Shown here piece after piece: positions 1-12,634 of a stretch of 64,000 nt of DNA (its first letter is position 1; each line of letters starts with the position of its first letter). Source of the DNA: Octopus bimaculoides (lineage: Eukaryota); the NCBI RefSeq assembly GCF_001194135.2, contig NC_068990.1, positions 64,539,869 to 64,603,868 on the forward strand, in the 5' to 3' direction. The translations under genes and the position numbers were made by a program. The notes beneath the pieces were generated by a model. That model was not told where the DNA came from. It saw only the letters and a program-made list of their open reading frames with translations, and did not search any database.

Positions 1-38
1 ATATATATACATATATATATATACATATATATATATAC

Positions 39-69
<31 letters not shown>

Positions 70-129
70 CATATATATATATACATATATATATATACAT
101 ATATATATATACATATATAACATATATAT

Positions 130-171
<42 letters not shown>

Positions 172-354
172 CAACTCATATATATATATATATATATACT
201 TTTAATTCATGTATTGTGAGGAGCCAGATACTTTTTTTATAGACTTGTTGCCATTTCTGTGCAACCAGATGATTAATTCTAGTTGTCGACACATACATAG
301 GATAATATGATAACCTAGCACACATACCCCAACAATTGATGGTAGTCAAGTGTT

Positions 355-1620
355 ACAAGGATAAGGATGACTAAGAGAGAATTACAAAGATATCAAGCTA
401 CTGGGCCAGGTCATGAAAGTTACAGCAAAAGTTATAGCCCATTTAATTAGGAAGAGAATTAGATTAGATGAGATGCAGTTTGATTTTAAAGATTAACTGC
501 AGAAGTATTTAGTTAAAATTAAGCCCTGCCTTTGACAGAATCTGGTGATGTGGTGGTCTCTGAGGAAGTTAGGGGAAGATTAAATGTCTTCTGAGAGCCC
601 TACAAGCCATGTACAGGGGTACTGTCCGTAATGTAAGAGTTAACAAGTACAACAATGACTATAATGTGCATTCAGGAGTTCACCAGGATTCAGTTTACAA
701 TCCTCTCTCAGTCATAATCCTCCAGGCTGTAACAGAGGAATTTAATACTAGTTGCCCCTGGGAACTACTATATCCTAAGAACTTTGATCTTATAGCAGAC
801 TCTGTAGTAGAATTAGAAATGAAATTCGAAGAGTAGAAGCAAAACCTGGAATCAAAGGGCTTTAAGCTTAGTAAAGACCGAAAGTTCCAGTATGCAAGAA
901 AACAGACAAACCACTAATCCTTTCATGAAAATAGCTCTGGTTGATGTGAAGGAAAGAAGTGGTTAGAAATTCCACACAGTGTACCCAGTGCAAGCTAGGG
1001 ACCCACAAGAAATGCAGTGAAATCATGAGAAGGTTAAAGGAGAAAAGTAGACTTTGTATGTGACAGATGCATAGGAGCAATAAACACTAAGAACACACAA
1101 GAAATAGATTTTCTCAAAAGCCCAGATGGTTCCCTGGAGATAGTATATGATTACTAAAATAAGAACAGGATGGAGAAAGTCTTGAGAGTTATTGCCTCTG
1201 TTGGTTACAAAAGGACTCTCTGGTCAGAGTGAAAGGTAAATTGTATGATGCTTGTATACAAACAGCAATGTTACATACATGGTAATGAGATGTGAGCCTT
1301 GAATGCAGAGGATATGTGAAGACCAGAAAGTAATGAAGCTATTATGCCCTGTAGGAAGTGCAATGTATGACAAACTGAAAATGTGTTGAGAGAAAAATTG
1401 GGCATAAGCGGTATGGTCATGTAATGAGTATGGATAAAAACAGCTGTATAAAGAACTGTTGATTGCTTAAATGTGAATTGAACTTGCAGAAGAGAGAGGG
1501 AAACCAAGGAAGACATGGGATGAAGCAGAGACGGCTGATCTTAAGACTGAGTCTCTTGGAAAAGATGACAAAGGACAAAGATGATTGATGATTCAATGTG
1601 CTCAAGAAGATCCATTGGTC
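355..1620 (+). mobile_element. Degenerate RTE-clade LINE, reverse-transcriptase region
   Basis: ORF 609-836 (GVHQDSVYNPLSVIILQAVTEEFNTSCPWELLY) resembles the RTE RT segment G(L/V)HQGS.LSP...PW.LL(Y/F)ADD. Flanks are disrupted by stops and frameshifts. 990-1150 is clearly homologous to 43570-43720. Boundaries are approximate. Confidence 0.7.
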
Positions 1621-4145
1621 ACATTGGAAGTCCTAAAAGAATTGCTTATATCTATATACTCACTACGTCCTGTCTCTGCTCTTGATCTGATCCCACCAAG
1701 CCTATCTCTAACCCTTTATCACCTCTCATCTTCCTAGAATGCATCCTTCCATTCCTCTAGCTATGGTAGTACTCAGCTACTGTAATCATGAGAGCAGAAT
1801 TTGTTCATATTTCAACCCCACCTTAATGCTAGGAGTTATCTCCCCTCTCCCATGCAATCACTTTCTTTCGAATTCTATGTCTTCTAAGTTAATTGGTGAA
1901 CTCACAAGTTTTAGAGACATGAGTAAAAAAAGAGCGCACTCTATAAAGTGGTTGATATTAGGAAGAGTATACAGCCGTAGAAACTACACCAAAGCAGACA
2001 CTGCAGCTGAAGACAGTCCTCTAGTTCATTGGGCCCTGCCAAACCGTTCAACCCATGCCAGCATGGAATGGTAAGTTTGACAAGATTATGATATTATGCT
2101 AATTCTCACTACTCTGAAGTATTAAGGAGACCAACTTGAGTCAGAACCATACTTAGAAATTATTCTAGGCATGAGAGCCTCTTCAGCCAACACATTATAT
2201 ATTCCCCAAATCATACATGGTTCCTATTCTTACTTTATCATTGAACATTCAAAGATAAATAACAGGTAAAATATATTATTCAGGTTTAATAGAAAAAAAA
2301 AACCCTACTGAGGCTATTTCAAACTTACCATTCAGCCAGGAATAGATTCTTAATTTAGATCACCATCATCATTTAACACTCGTTTTCCATGCTACCATGG
2401 GTTGGACGATTTGACCAGAGCTGGTAATGCAAGGGGGCCGCACCAAGCTCCATTGTCTGTTCTGGCATAGTTTCTATAGCTAGATGCCCTTCCTAATGCC
2501 AACCACTTCACACAGTGTACAGGGTGCTTTTTATGTGGCACCAGGACAATGAATATCTTAATGAAATTTTGATGAGATTTTTAAATCTACCAACATTTTC
2601 TATGATAACACAAACAACAATAATGAAAGGGTCAAGATGACTCCCTAATCTCTTTTCTCATGTGGAAAAACAAGTAGCATGCAAGATACAAGCCCCACAG
2701 ATGAAGGTCTTCTAAACAATCCAATCCTAAAATTTTATTCCAACACCCAGAGAAAGAATTAACAAACTGAGAATTTAACTCTTTAGCATTCAGACTATTC
2801 TGTCAAATGTATTGTTTATTTATTCACATTGTTTTCAATTAATTGTTTATTTTGGGATTGACTTTGTAGGGTTGTTGTGAAAGGCCTGAACTGGCTGGTC
2901 TGAACATAAAACAGATAGAATATTTTGGCCGGATATAATCAGTTTAAATACATATACTAAGAGTAAGAATTTCAAAAGATATCAAGAAATCATTTTCACA
3001 CATGGATTTTTGTTATTCTCAACTATATTACTTTCTTTAAGTATCACTATTTACTCCAATATAGGAATATGTGCTGATGTAAGAAATTATTAATATGGAA
3101 ATATGTGGCAAATGATGAAATCTTTTAAAACTGTTAGTAAAATGAAATTCAAATCCAAATTCGATTCCTAGTCTGAATTTATGTTGGTAATGTTCTTAGA
3201 ACTTACCTCTTGTCTTCAAAAACAAAAAACTTAGATGAGAAACTGAGTTGAAATTTTAAGTATGATTTTACTTTTCATTCATGTGATGGCAATACCAGTA
3301 ATATAGACTGAGAGGAATATAAAAAGATATTGCCTGAATTGCCATTCCTTTTGTTAAAGTGATTTGTAAATAATGATATCTTGTTTCAGAGTTTTTGCAC
3401 CATCTTAAAAATAAACCTTTAGTATTACTCTTTCCCTTGTTAATTTGAACAAGAAATAATTCTACATGAGTATGGAGATGTGATAATGTGAAGGATGATA
3501 ATTAGATAAAGGAGTGCCATCTGGAAGGAGCCTGTAGCAGAGGAAAGTATGGGAAGGGGTCAAGATTGATCTCAGAAGGCAGCAATGAAGGACAGCAACT
3601 TGCATGTATGGGGAAGACAAAAATTAAAAGATAATATTTTACATCAAACAATGATGGCCAAGATGAATTGACTGATAGCTTCTTAATTCATGAATTGGGG
3701 CTAGTATCGCAGAGTTGGCACTGTAGCTCCCCTTGATAAACTACTGACTCACTCCTCCCGTAATTACAGTGAAAAAGTAGAAGAGAAAGAAGATAATTCA
3801 ATAAAACTGAGATATACTTTGGTGCTTAAGTCTCAATAGATGAATGCTGAGCTTAGCCTTTCTGCTATATTTACTAAATTGTACAGTACATTAAAAACAC
3901 AAGTAGCCATATTTTTAAAGACAGTAGAGCTGACAGTGAAATAGTGTAAATCCCTCAGACTAGTTGCCTTTCACTATTTGCTCTGTACTCTCAACCATTT
4001 TATCTTTATCTGTTCAATAATTGTTGAAGAATGGTATAAACAATTTCTTTATCCTCAATTAGTCTTAAGAAATGTGTTGGTGATATTTGGAAATATGAGG
4101 CTGTCATTTTAAAGAATATATTTAAGGAAAAGAAGGTTTACTTAC

Positions 4146-4830
4146 TTGGAATACGGATTTTTACTTTGCCACTTTGACCAAAACTGCCCTCAATAATTCC
4201 ATTCTCACCACTTGATAATGTTACTTTGAGGTTGGCAAAGGCTTGTATATTTGTTTCTTTCTTGAATAAATCCTTGCCAATTAGTGAATGAGCATCAGTA
4301 ACTCGTTCGACCCTACCTTCCCTGGACTTGATTTTAAATATCTTCAGTTCTGATAGTTTATTCTCTTTGTACTTTGAGTCAGTGTAATAAGTTAATAGCT
4401 GTCCATGGAATGCAATCCGGCACACATTGGCATTGATATCACTGTCGAGTTTGGAGCCAATCACTAGACAGGATGCCAAACAAGTAATGGGTTTTTCAAA
4501 TTCCAAGAGAGCATATTGGCAGAGATTGGTCTGGTGGGGTTGCTTTTCTAATAATTCTTCTTGGTAATTATATTCTTTTGAAAGATCTAAAGTAGTATCT
4601 TGTTCAGAAGCACTTTCAGTGCCAAAAAATGTGACATGGGCCATGATAGTTTCATGACCCATGGTTATATGGAACTTGGCATTAGTGGATACGGTTCCTT
4701 TGTAGTAAGGGGTCTTCTTTACAAAGATTATTCCAGCATAAATAGTAGGTAAGGAACCTGGAGAACACACAAGGCCACGCTCAAGGTGTTTAGGATCAAA
4801 CTGTGTCACACAAATACCAGCCCGGTCACC
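4146..4830 (-). CDS. EEFSEC: Selenocysteine-specific elongation factor, coding exon 6 (GDRAGICVTQFDPK...GQSGKVKIRIP)
   Basis: Acceptor ttttgtag|GGT at 4830 and donor CCA A|gtaagt at 4146; 685 nt, in frame with exon 5. The translation matches eEFSec motifs TQFDPK..ERG, KFHITxGHET, EFEKP, CRIAFHG, LFKKETNI and FGQSGK. Confidence 0.95.
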
Positions 4831-5254
4831 CTACAAAATAAGATGAAATATTAAAATATAGGCAATACAAACTTTCAAGAGTTACAAAACATTAACAGCT
4901 AGAATTTCCATGGCCTTAGGCAGCATTGAGCTTACAAAGTCAGAAATCAAGAGAGGAATAAATTAAAGATAACAGAATTTTAGCCTTTTAATTATTTCTT
5001 AATACTTTTCATTGCTATCATCATCATCATTTTAAATCTGCTTTTCCATGCTGTCATAGGTTGGGTGAGTCACCAGAGTCTGAGTCAGTTCTTACTGGGA
5101 ATTACTACTAACCTAGAGGGATCATTTGTACTTTTTAATTTTTGTAGCAGAATAGCTCTAAACATTTTTTTCACTCAACTTTTATTCTTACAATTATGCT
5201 TTCAGAACACTCACTGCCAGTCGATTAGGTTAGCTAATTAACAAAATTATCTCC

Positions 5255-5508
5255 TGTGCAGGTAGCATGTAAAAAGCACCATTTGAGCGTGGCCGTTGCC
5301 AGTACCACCTGACTGGCTCTCATGCCAGTGGCACGTAAAAGCACCCACTACACTCTCAGAGTGGTTGGCATTAGGAAGGGCATCCAGCTGTAGAAACTCT
5401 ACCAGATCAGATTGGAGCCTGGTGCAGCCATCTGGTTCACCAGTCCTCAGTCAAATCATCGAACCCATGCCGGCATGGAAAGCAGACGTTAAACGATGAT
5501 GATGATGA
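5255..5508 (+). mobile_element. SINE or short retroposon with RTE-type 3' tail ending in (GAT)n
   Basis: Ends ...ccatgccggcatggaaagcagacgttaaacgatgatgatg. A near-identical family recurs at 20986-21312, 10510-10660 (minus), 13840-13985 and many other sites. Confidence 0.8.
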
Positions 5509-8500
5509 TCAACTACTTCTATGAAGCTTTCTGAGCGTATGAAAGAATTTATTTCACATATAAAGTCTTCTTGTTCTGTCAGCTTGCACCTCTTATGGAT
5601 CCATAGTTTGCACTGGGTATGCCAGATGGTCGCTTCTACAATGGCTCTAGTTCTCTCTCTTCCTTCTTGTGGACTAAAGCTGTAGTCTTGGCTAGATTTA
5701 TTTTGAGGATACCTTGATTCCAAGCATGGAATTTTTTCTGTTAAATGACGTCCTAACAAAATGCCAGTCTTAAAATTATATTATGGCTGGAGAATATAAC
5801 AATAAACAGAAGGGGTCTGATAACTGAGTCTTGGAAGCTAAATTCCTCACAGAATTCATGGCTAAGTCACCAATCCTAATGACTACAGAACATGGAACCC
5901 AAAAGCTTTTTCCAATCAAAGTGAGTGGATTACTCCAAGCTCAGTACTTTTACAGTTGCTGCATCAAGAAAAGATATTGGCAGACTTTGCCTCAGAACAA
6001 ATCCAAACTATATTGTATTTAATCTAATGCTCTTCCTAATCATCATTGTTATTTAACATCTGTCTTCCATACACCAGACTACCATGTCTGTTTTAGTATG
6101 GTTTTTACACTGGATGCCCTTCCTAACCCCAACCATCCTGTAGAGTGGACTGAATGATTTTTACATGGCACCAGCACAGACAAGGTCAATTTTGGTATAG
6201 TTTTTATAGTTGGATGTCCTTCTAAATGCCAACCACTTCACAGTGTGGACTGGATGCTTTTTACATGGCACCAGCACTGGTAAGGTCACCAAGTAACTTG
6301 CAAGACAAAGAATTTTGAGAGGGAGGTGGGCATTGCAGGAGATGATCTTGTGTCAGATGATGAAAGGTTAGAGTGTGACAGAGAGACACAGAGGCAGAAA
6401 CAGGTGTCTTGCTATAGAGGAGGTACATGGTTGGTTAGTTAGTGAGTGAGAGGAGAGGAGAGAGGAAGAGAGAATGGGAGAGAGGAAAGAGAGAAATAGA
6501 GAGATAACAAGAAAGAGGACAGAAACAGGTGTGTTGCTGTAAAGGAGAGACTTGGTTACCTAGCCAGAGAGAAGAGCAAGCTATAACTCTTTCCAGTATC
6601 TCCCATATCCTGGTCCAATTTGATAAATCTATAGTTGACTATCCAGCATATCTCTTTTGCCCTTGTATCAGTTTGCAATGATACAACATCTCTTTGTATT
6701 TCCTAACTGATAAGGCATGTGCTTAGTGTATGACCAACCACACCAGATAGTTTCGACAACTAATTGGTTATCTCTGATGATCAAGCTGCCTTCCCCACCT
6801 TTATATCATTAATCATGCTTTGAACCACATAGAGAGCTGTCAACTTCAAAAATTACTCTCTGCTGGGCCATTTTTGGACCCACTTTCTCCCATGCATCTA
6901 TGCTATAATGAAGAAAGTTGTTTATTAGTTAATTGGGAATATGTAATTTTTACTTAAAGTAATTAAGTTGACACTGTCTACAAATTTAAATTTTGATATT
7001 TTTTTTATCAAAATGTGATTTTCATGATTCATTTATTATTGAAAATTTCAATGTGAGATAGCATTTTTAAACACTGTGAGATAGAGTCCCCTCTTTGTCT
7101 CTTCTCTCACATTCTCTCTCAAACACTTCATCATGCTACTTTCTACACACATATCAGTAATGACATTTTACTAGATTATAAGTCTAATCCAGCATCAACC
7201 AAATTATATTGATTCCAGGCTCATTTTACATTTGTTGGGTGTTTTTGAAGAAATAGGAAACTGAAGAAGAAAAATGGTTTGAATTTAAGTCAATTGTACC
7301 AAATTTGTCTCATTTTTCTTTGAACTAAAGTATTGGCTCCAACTTTGTTTCTTCATAAATGAAAAATGAATAGTTTTTAATGAAATATCTTTCAGATGAT
7401 GTAGATTATGATTATATCAGAATTTGTTGTGAAAACATTTTTGGAAGTGGAGGAGAGGAATTTTGGCGAAGTCATATGCCTCAACTTTGTTTCCATTTTA
7501 AAAGTGAAAGTTGCAATTAAGTCATAAAAAAAAATTGCTTTTGAGAACTATTCCTTCTGGAATTTGTTAAATGAATATTTTTTAAAAAAATGAATTTTTC
7601 CAGATATACAAAGGGAAATGAGAAGTTAGAAAAATTACACAAATTAGAAATCAAATATTACTTAGTGACCAGCAGAAAATTGCCCTTCTAGAAGTTGTTA
7701 AATGAATATTTTTTAATAAAATGCAATTTTTCAGAGATACTAGCATAATTTGAAGAAAAAAATACATATCAGAGGTGAAATTGTTAATGTGACAGTTTGG
7801 TTATGCTATAGGCCTTAGAATATACCCACTACATGGTGCCTGCTATTTTTAGCATACTAAATGACCATGTAGAGGACGGGCTACTTTTGAGTTTGATTAA
7901 AAGAGAGAGATTAACACCATGAGAAAATAAATGGAAGAAATATCTCATGAGTGAGTGAGTACTATTAGATGAATAAAGGATACAAAGGAAAATTAGAGAC
8001 ACGTCAAAAAACTACACAAATTGGGAACAAATGTGTCAATATCATTTAGTGACAAGTAGAAAACTGTTTGGAGATTGATCTTTTTGCTTGTTCTCTTCAA
8101 TGAACATCTCCTTTCCATTGTGGAACCCATGAGGGTAAATGCATTAATATCATTCAATACATGCTTCTCTCTAACAAAATCTTGATTCTCTTCAAAAACA
8201 TTAAAAAAAAAAAAACTGACAACTAGAGTAAATTTTCTTTGTGGCAATATTGCTGCAAACTGATCAGAACCAATTAATGAGGAAGTGTAAAAAGAAAACT
8301 ATTTACAATAGTACAATTTTTAACACAGAAATTTGATTTAAAGAACAAGAGTAGTAGTGGAAAACTGTTCATTCACTTATCACACACACAACATACATAC
8401 TTGGTATTGTGCTGCAAAACAAAATACTGAAAAGATAAACCAGAACTATTATCTTTTCTAATGAGTTCACTAAGAAATAATAACATTGTTTCGCCTTTGG

Positions 8501-8529
8501 TAAAAGTATAGGGAATATGTTGCAGCATT

Positions 8530-8637
8530 ACCTCAGAGCACTCACAAGACACTGTATGTCCCAGCTGTTGGCTCATTGAAGCCAGACATAGTTGATGAGC
8601 ATACTTCATATTTGCGCAGAGTTTAGTCATCATTGGT
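8530..8637 (-). ncRNA. Intronic box C/D guide RNA, copy 1 (candidate scaRNA, possible U4 5'-end guide)
   Basis: On the minus strand: ACC-A-ATGATGA (box C, 8633-8627), guide CTAAACTCTGCGCAAAT, ATGA (box D', 8609-8606), internal hairpin, CTGA (box D, 8536-8533), then GGT closing the terminal stem. An outer TGTTGCA/TGCAACA stem is also present. It is sense to EEFSEC within intron 5 and has a paralog at 10242-10363. Confidence 0.8.
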
Positions 8638-8764
8638 TGCAACAAGAGGGAAAAAACTAAGAGAGACAAAGAGGTAAGAAAACTCCTAAAGGAAAGAAAA
8701 TGACTGAAAGAGTAAATTAGAAAAACAAATTGCACAATTCAGTTGAATAAGTAGAAAAGACAGT

Positions 8765-9330
8765 GGATCTTTTTTAAAACGGGGGCCACATTTTTCATTA
8801 ATGTTTTACGTAGTGTTTTTGGTACCGAAAGACTTTCAAACTTTGTATACTTATCTATTTTGTGTTATAGAACAGAAAAATATTTTTGTATTCGAATTTA
8901 TTTCATGTAAAAAATTGTCTTATTTCGATAATTTCAACCAATCACTGACAAGTATTCAGTTGTTTACATTTACTCCCTTTGGCTGATTAAGCGATGTAAA
9001 GCGTATTTAATTTCCATAGCTTCGTTTTGCTTTTTTCTTTTTAAATTTGCTGTTTTACCCTAGCCTTAACCCTAACCCTATCACCGATAGAATTGTTTCA
9101 GAATCGTTTGTTTATGTAGTCGGCACTTAATGTATATCGGCTGAATGGGCGTCAGTGATTGGTTGAAATTACAGAAATACGACAACTTTAACATGGAATA
9201 AGTTAGGGATTTCTTTTTTTTTAAAGAAGACTAAGAGAAAAAGATGTTTTATATGACACATTCTACCAGTGTTCCAAGTTTCAAAGTGTTTCGTTAATGA
9301 AAAATGTGGCCCCCGTTTTAAAAAAGATCC
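8765..9330. mobile_element. Non-autonomous DNA transposon (MITE), GG termini, 8-bp TSD, Merlin-like
   Basis: About 36-bp TIR ggatcttttttaaaacgggggccacatttttcattaa and its reverse complement. Exact TSD aagacagt at 8757-8764 and 9331-9338. Internal ttaaccctaacccta near 9065-9080. Confidence 0.85.
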
Positions 9331-10241
9331 AAGACAGTTGATTATAGAAGATGATTTGGGGTGGATTCAATGCTGCTGGTGTTGCTAGATTTGAATGTGC
9401 ATAATTCTTTTTAAAACAGGTGAGTAAAAAGATCTTCAACAGACATTGGATGTGAAAGATTTCCACTGTTTCAATGTATGAAGTCCATGACTAACACCTA
9501 AACAGAAGAGTGGAAATACAGATTGGCCAGTAGATAGAAGTTGAGCATTCACTAGAAATGATATTGCTTAAGTATGGGAATTAGAAAGGAAGATATAGCT
9601 TCTTGTTACTGTTGTACTGAGAAAGTGAATAAGCAGGTGTGGGTGGGTGGGGAATAGTGTACCATTCACAAATGATCTGCTTGTGGCAGTTAACTATCAG
9701 GCCCATTTTTTTCCATAAAATGTAATGGCTGCTATGGTGGCTTATAGTTCTTATGAAGTGTGAACACTGAAAACACTATCATCAGACTAATGTAGTTCAA
9801 TGAACTATTCAGTTGTGAACTTATTGGTACATTGCATTTCTCTGACATTGAAAAGGTTCACTTCTAGTGACCTCCATTTCATTCATATGTATAGCAGCAT
9901 GGTCACACAAATGAGGAAAGTATTAAACAGTGCAGTTGTCAACATGAGCCCAAAAGGCCCAGATGGCTACTCTCCGAAAACAACTTGGGCCATCGATTTT
10001 TAATGAACTAACAAAGTTTCCTGAATTTGAGTGAATAACCATTGTTGAACATTCAGCACGTTCTCTGTATACAATGTTAAATACCTTTGACAGTTTCCCA
10101 AACAGTCCTGATGCCATTCCTTATATTTCTTCTGAAGTTGCTAACTAAAAATCATAACAATTGTGGCAAAATCCATTGTGGCTTCAGTGTAACATTTAAC
10201 ATTTTTTAAAAATACTTTTTAATATTGATAGGATTAGAATT

Positions 10242-10363
10242 ACCTCAGAACACTCTTAAAACAGTGTATGTCCTAGCTGTTGGCTCAACAAAGGATTAAC
10301 AATGGAGCTAGACATACTTGAAGGACATACTTCATATTTGCGCAGAGTTTAGTCATCATTGGT
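10242..10363 (-). ncRNA. Intronic box C/D guide RNA, copy 2 (candidate scaRNA)
   Basis: Box C ATGATGA (10359-10353), box D' ATGA (10335-10332), box D CTGA (10248-10245) and ACC/GGT terminal stem. The 40-nt block 10326-10365 is identical to 8600-8639. Internal GTATGTC-TAGCT...AGCTA-G-GACATAC hairpin. Confidence 0.8.
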
Positions 10364-10952
10364 TGGACAAGAGGGTGGGGGATAACTAAGAAAGAAATAA
10401 TGGTAAGAAAACTTAACAAGGAAATGACAAAAAAGTTGAATATATATATTTAGAGAAACAGTTTAGCTGGTTCATTGGATTACCCAGGGTTTTACATCCA
10501 TAAAGCGCTTAGCTTTTCATACATCTCATCATCATCATCGTTTAACGTCCGCTTTCCATGCTAGCATGGGTTGGACGATTTGACTGAGGACCGGTGAACC
10601 AGATGGCTCCAACCTGATTTGGCAGAGTTTCTACAGCTGGATGCCCTTCCTAATGCCAGTATATATATATATTACTGACGAGATTATATATATATATATA
10701 CACACACACACATAACAGTGAATTCAGTTAACAAAGATAAAAAGGAAGAAAAATGAAGCAAAGAAAATGGAAAAAGGAATTACTATGACATAAAGCCTTA
10801 CAGTGAGAAACATGGGAGAGACATAGCACTAACATGTTAAAGAACATATTAGGCATAGAAAAAGACGGTGGGATTGTTGAGTGTGAATGCCTTTCATTAT
10901 AGGTTTACTCAATGATGATTAAATAACATTGATACATTTATTCTTCACTGAC

Positions 10953-11036
10953 CTGAACAACTTTCTCAACAGGTAAATGAAACATTTGCATAGATTTAAC
11001 ATTCTTGGTCACTTTCAGAGATGGGATTTCAATGGT
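10953..11036 (-). CDS. EEFSEC: EEFSEC coding exon 5 (TIEIPSLKVTKNVKSMQMFHLPVEKVVQ)
   Basis: Not in the ORF track; found by reading the minus strand. Acceptor tattttcag|ACC, donor CAG|gtcagt, 84 nt, phase 0/0. It fills the expected eEFSec gap (EIP.LK...VKSMQMF). Confidence 0.95.
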
Positions 11037-12396
11037 CTGAAAATATACAAATAGGAAGATTGCAAACAAATAATTAGATATTCAATTCCTCAAGATGAAA
11101 GTAGATGCATTTAGATCATCATATCAGCTGTTGCATATATTTATATTCTAAGCTTTTCTATTTTATTTTTACTCTCTATCAAAGGTGATCTAAATAAACA
11201 GAATACTTTTACAATGTCTGTTGTCTTGGACCAATGCATGTTGATATATACATGATTCTTCTGGTATAGGCACCCTATTTTCAGAAAAGGAGGAAGATAG
11301 AAAGTGAAATAAACTACAGTATACAAAATTAAACTGATACATGTAGTAATAAAATAAACCTGATGGTGTGTATGTTTGTTTGTGTGCAGTCTCTGCATAT
11401 TATTCTAGAGATACAGCCAACTGCAGCCTTTTGTCTTCATATGAGAAATACACAATAAAGGCACTACACAAATCACAAATGTAGCCAGTATCAGGGCATA
11501 TTTGCATTTAACAGCCAAGCATGATATGGATATGAATTTCTTTATTGTGGAGAACATGGAGACTAGTCTTTCATTTCTAAATGGAATATCTTACACATAT
11601 CATTAAGTCTCACCGTTATCAACATAGAATTCTGTTACAAATCTAATGCAAATTACTCAACCAAATTTGCCCAAGGGAACAGAGCTCATGACCATGTACT
11701 TCATAGAAGATTCAAAGATCAAGTTAGTTCAAACTGAAATAACTCTGTCATTTCAAATTGTATTGCAACATTGGAAGTCCCACAATTATAACCATCACCA
11801 TTTAATGTCTGTTTTGCATGCAGACAAGGGTTGAAAGATTTGAGAAGAGCTGGTGAGTCAGAAGATTGTAACAAACTCCTTTATCTACTTTGGTATGGTT
11901 TCTATGGTTGGATGTCCTTCCTAATGCCAACCACTTTACAATGTACTGGGTGCTTTTTATATGGCACCAGCACCAGTGAGGTCACCAAGTAACTCACAAG
12001 ACAAGACTCCTCAACTGAGGATTGTGCAGAATTGAGGGCAAAAAACAAAAAAACAAAAAGTTACCTTCATGAGTCATACTGACTCATAAGGGCCGGTTTT
12101 CTGGCTTCATGGCATATATATATTCCCCACCTGGACAGGACACTGGTGCATCATAGGATTACTCATTTTTGCCACCAGAGTGGAGACTGGAGCAGCATGA
12201 AATGAAATGCTTTGCTGAAGAACACAATGCGTTGCTCGGTCTAGGAATCTAAACCACCATCTTACGGTCAGGAGTTCAACACCCTAACCACTAAGCCATG
12301 CACCTCCACATAGAGAAGTGAGGGTAGTGGTTTTATGCCAGGAGATGAACAATTAAAGTCTGAGAGAGAGACAGTAACAGGTGTCTTGCTCTAGGG

Positions 12397-12634
12397 CAGT
12401 GGTTCTCAACCCTTTTTTGCCTGTGGACCCCTTTGATTCCTGTTTTACTCTACTGGACACCCATACAAGTTTGATGCTTAAAAGAAAATCTCATAATTTT
12501 ATAATTAAATGTTATTAGGAATTGTACAAAAAAACTGTTAAAATATTTTGTGTATTGTAGAAGCATAACCAATTTCTTGTACACAAATTTTAAGAAGAAA
12601 ATCTTCTATGAACCACTATGGTTGAGAACTACTG
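12397..12634. mobile_element. hAT (Charlie-type) MITE
   Basis: TIR cagtggttctcaacc / ggttgagaactactg. 8-bp TSD ctctaggg (12389-12396) versus ctctaagg (12635-12642), one mismatch. Confidence 0.8.

Noticed and set aside
3203-3250. Minus-strand GTAAGT donor-like site as a candidate last EEFSEC exon
   Set aside because: No frame gives eEFSec-like sequence, and a terminal exon would not need a donor.
4138-4145. Apparent stop after ...IRIPSK as the EEFSEC C-terminus
   Set aside because: The SK* codons overlap a perfect GTAAGT donor, and the protein would lack the usual C-terminal segment.
10668-10700. Isolated CTGACGAG inside a (TA)n tract
   Set aside because: Too short to support a ribozyme or Penelope remnant; no stems present.
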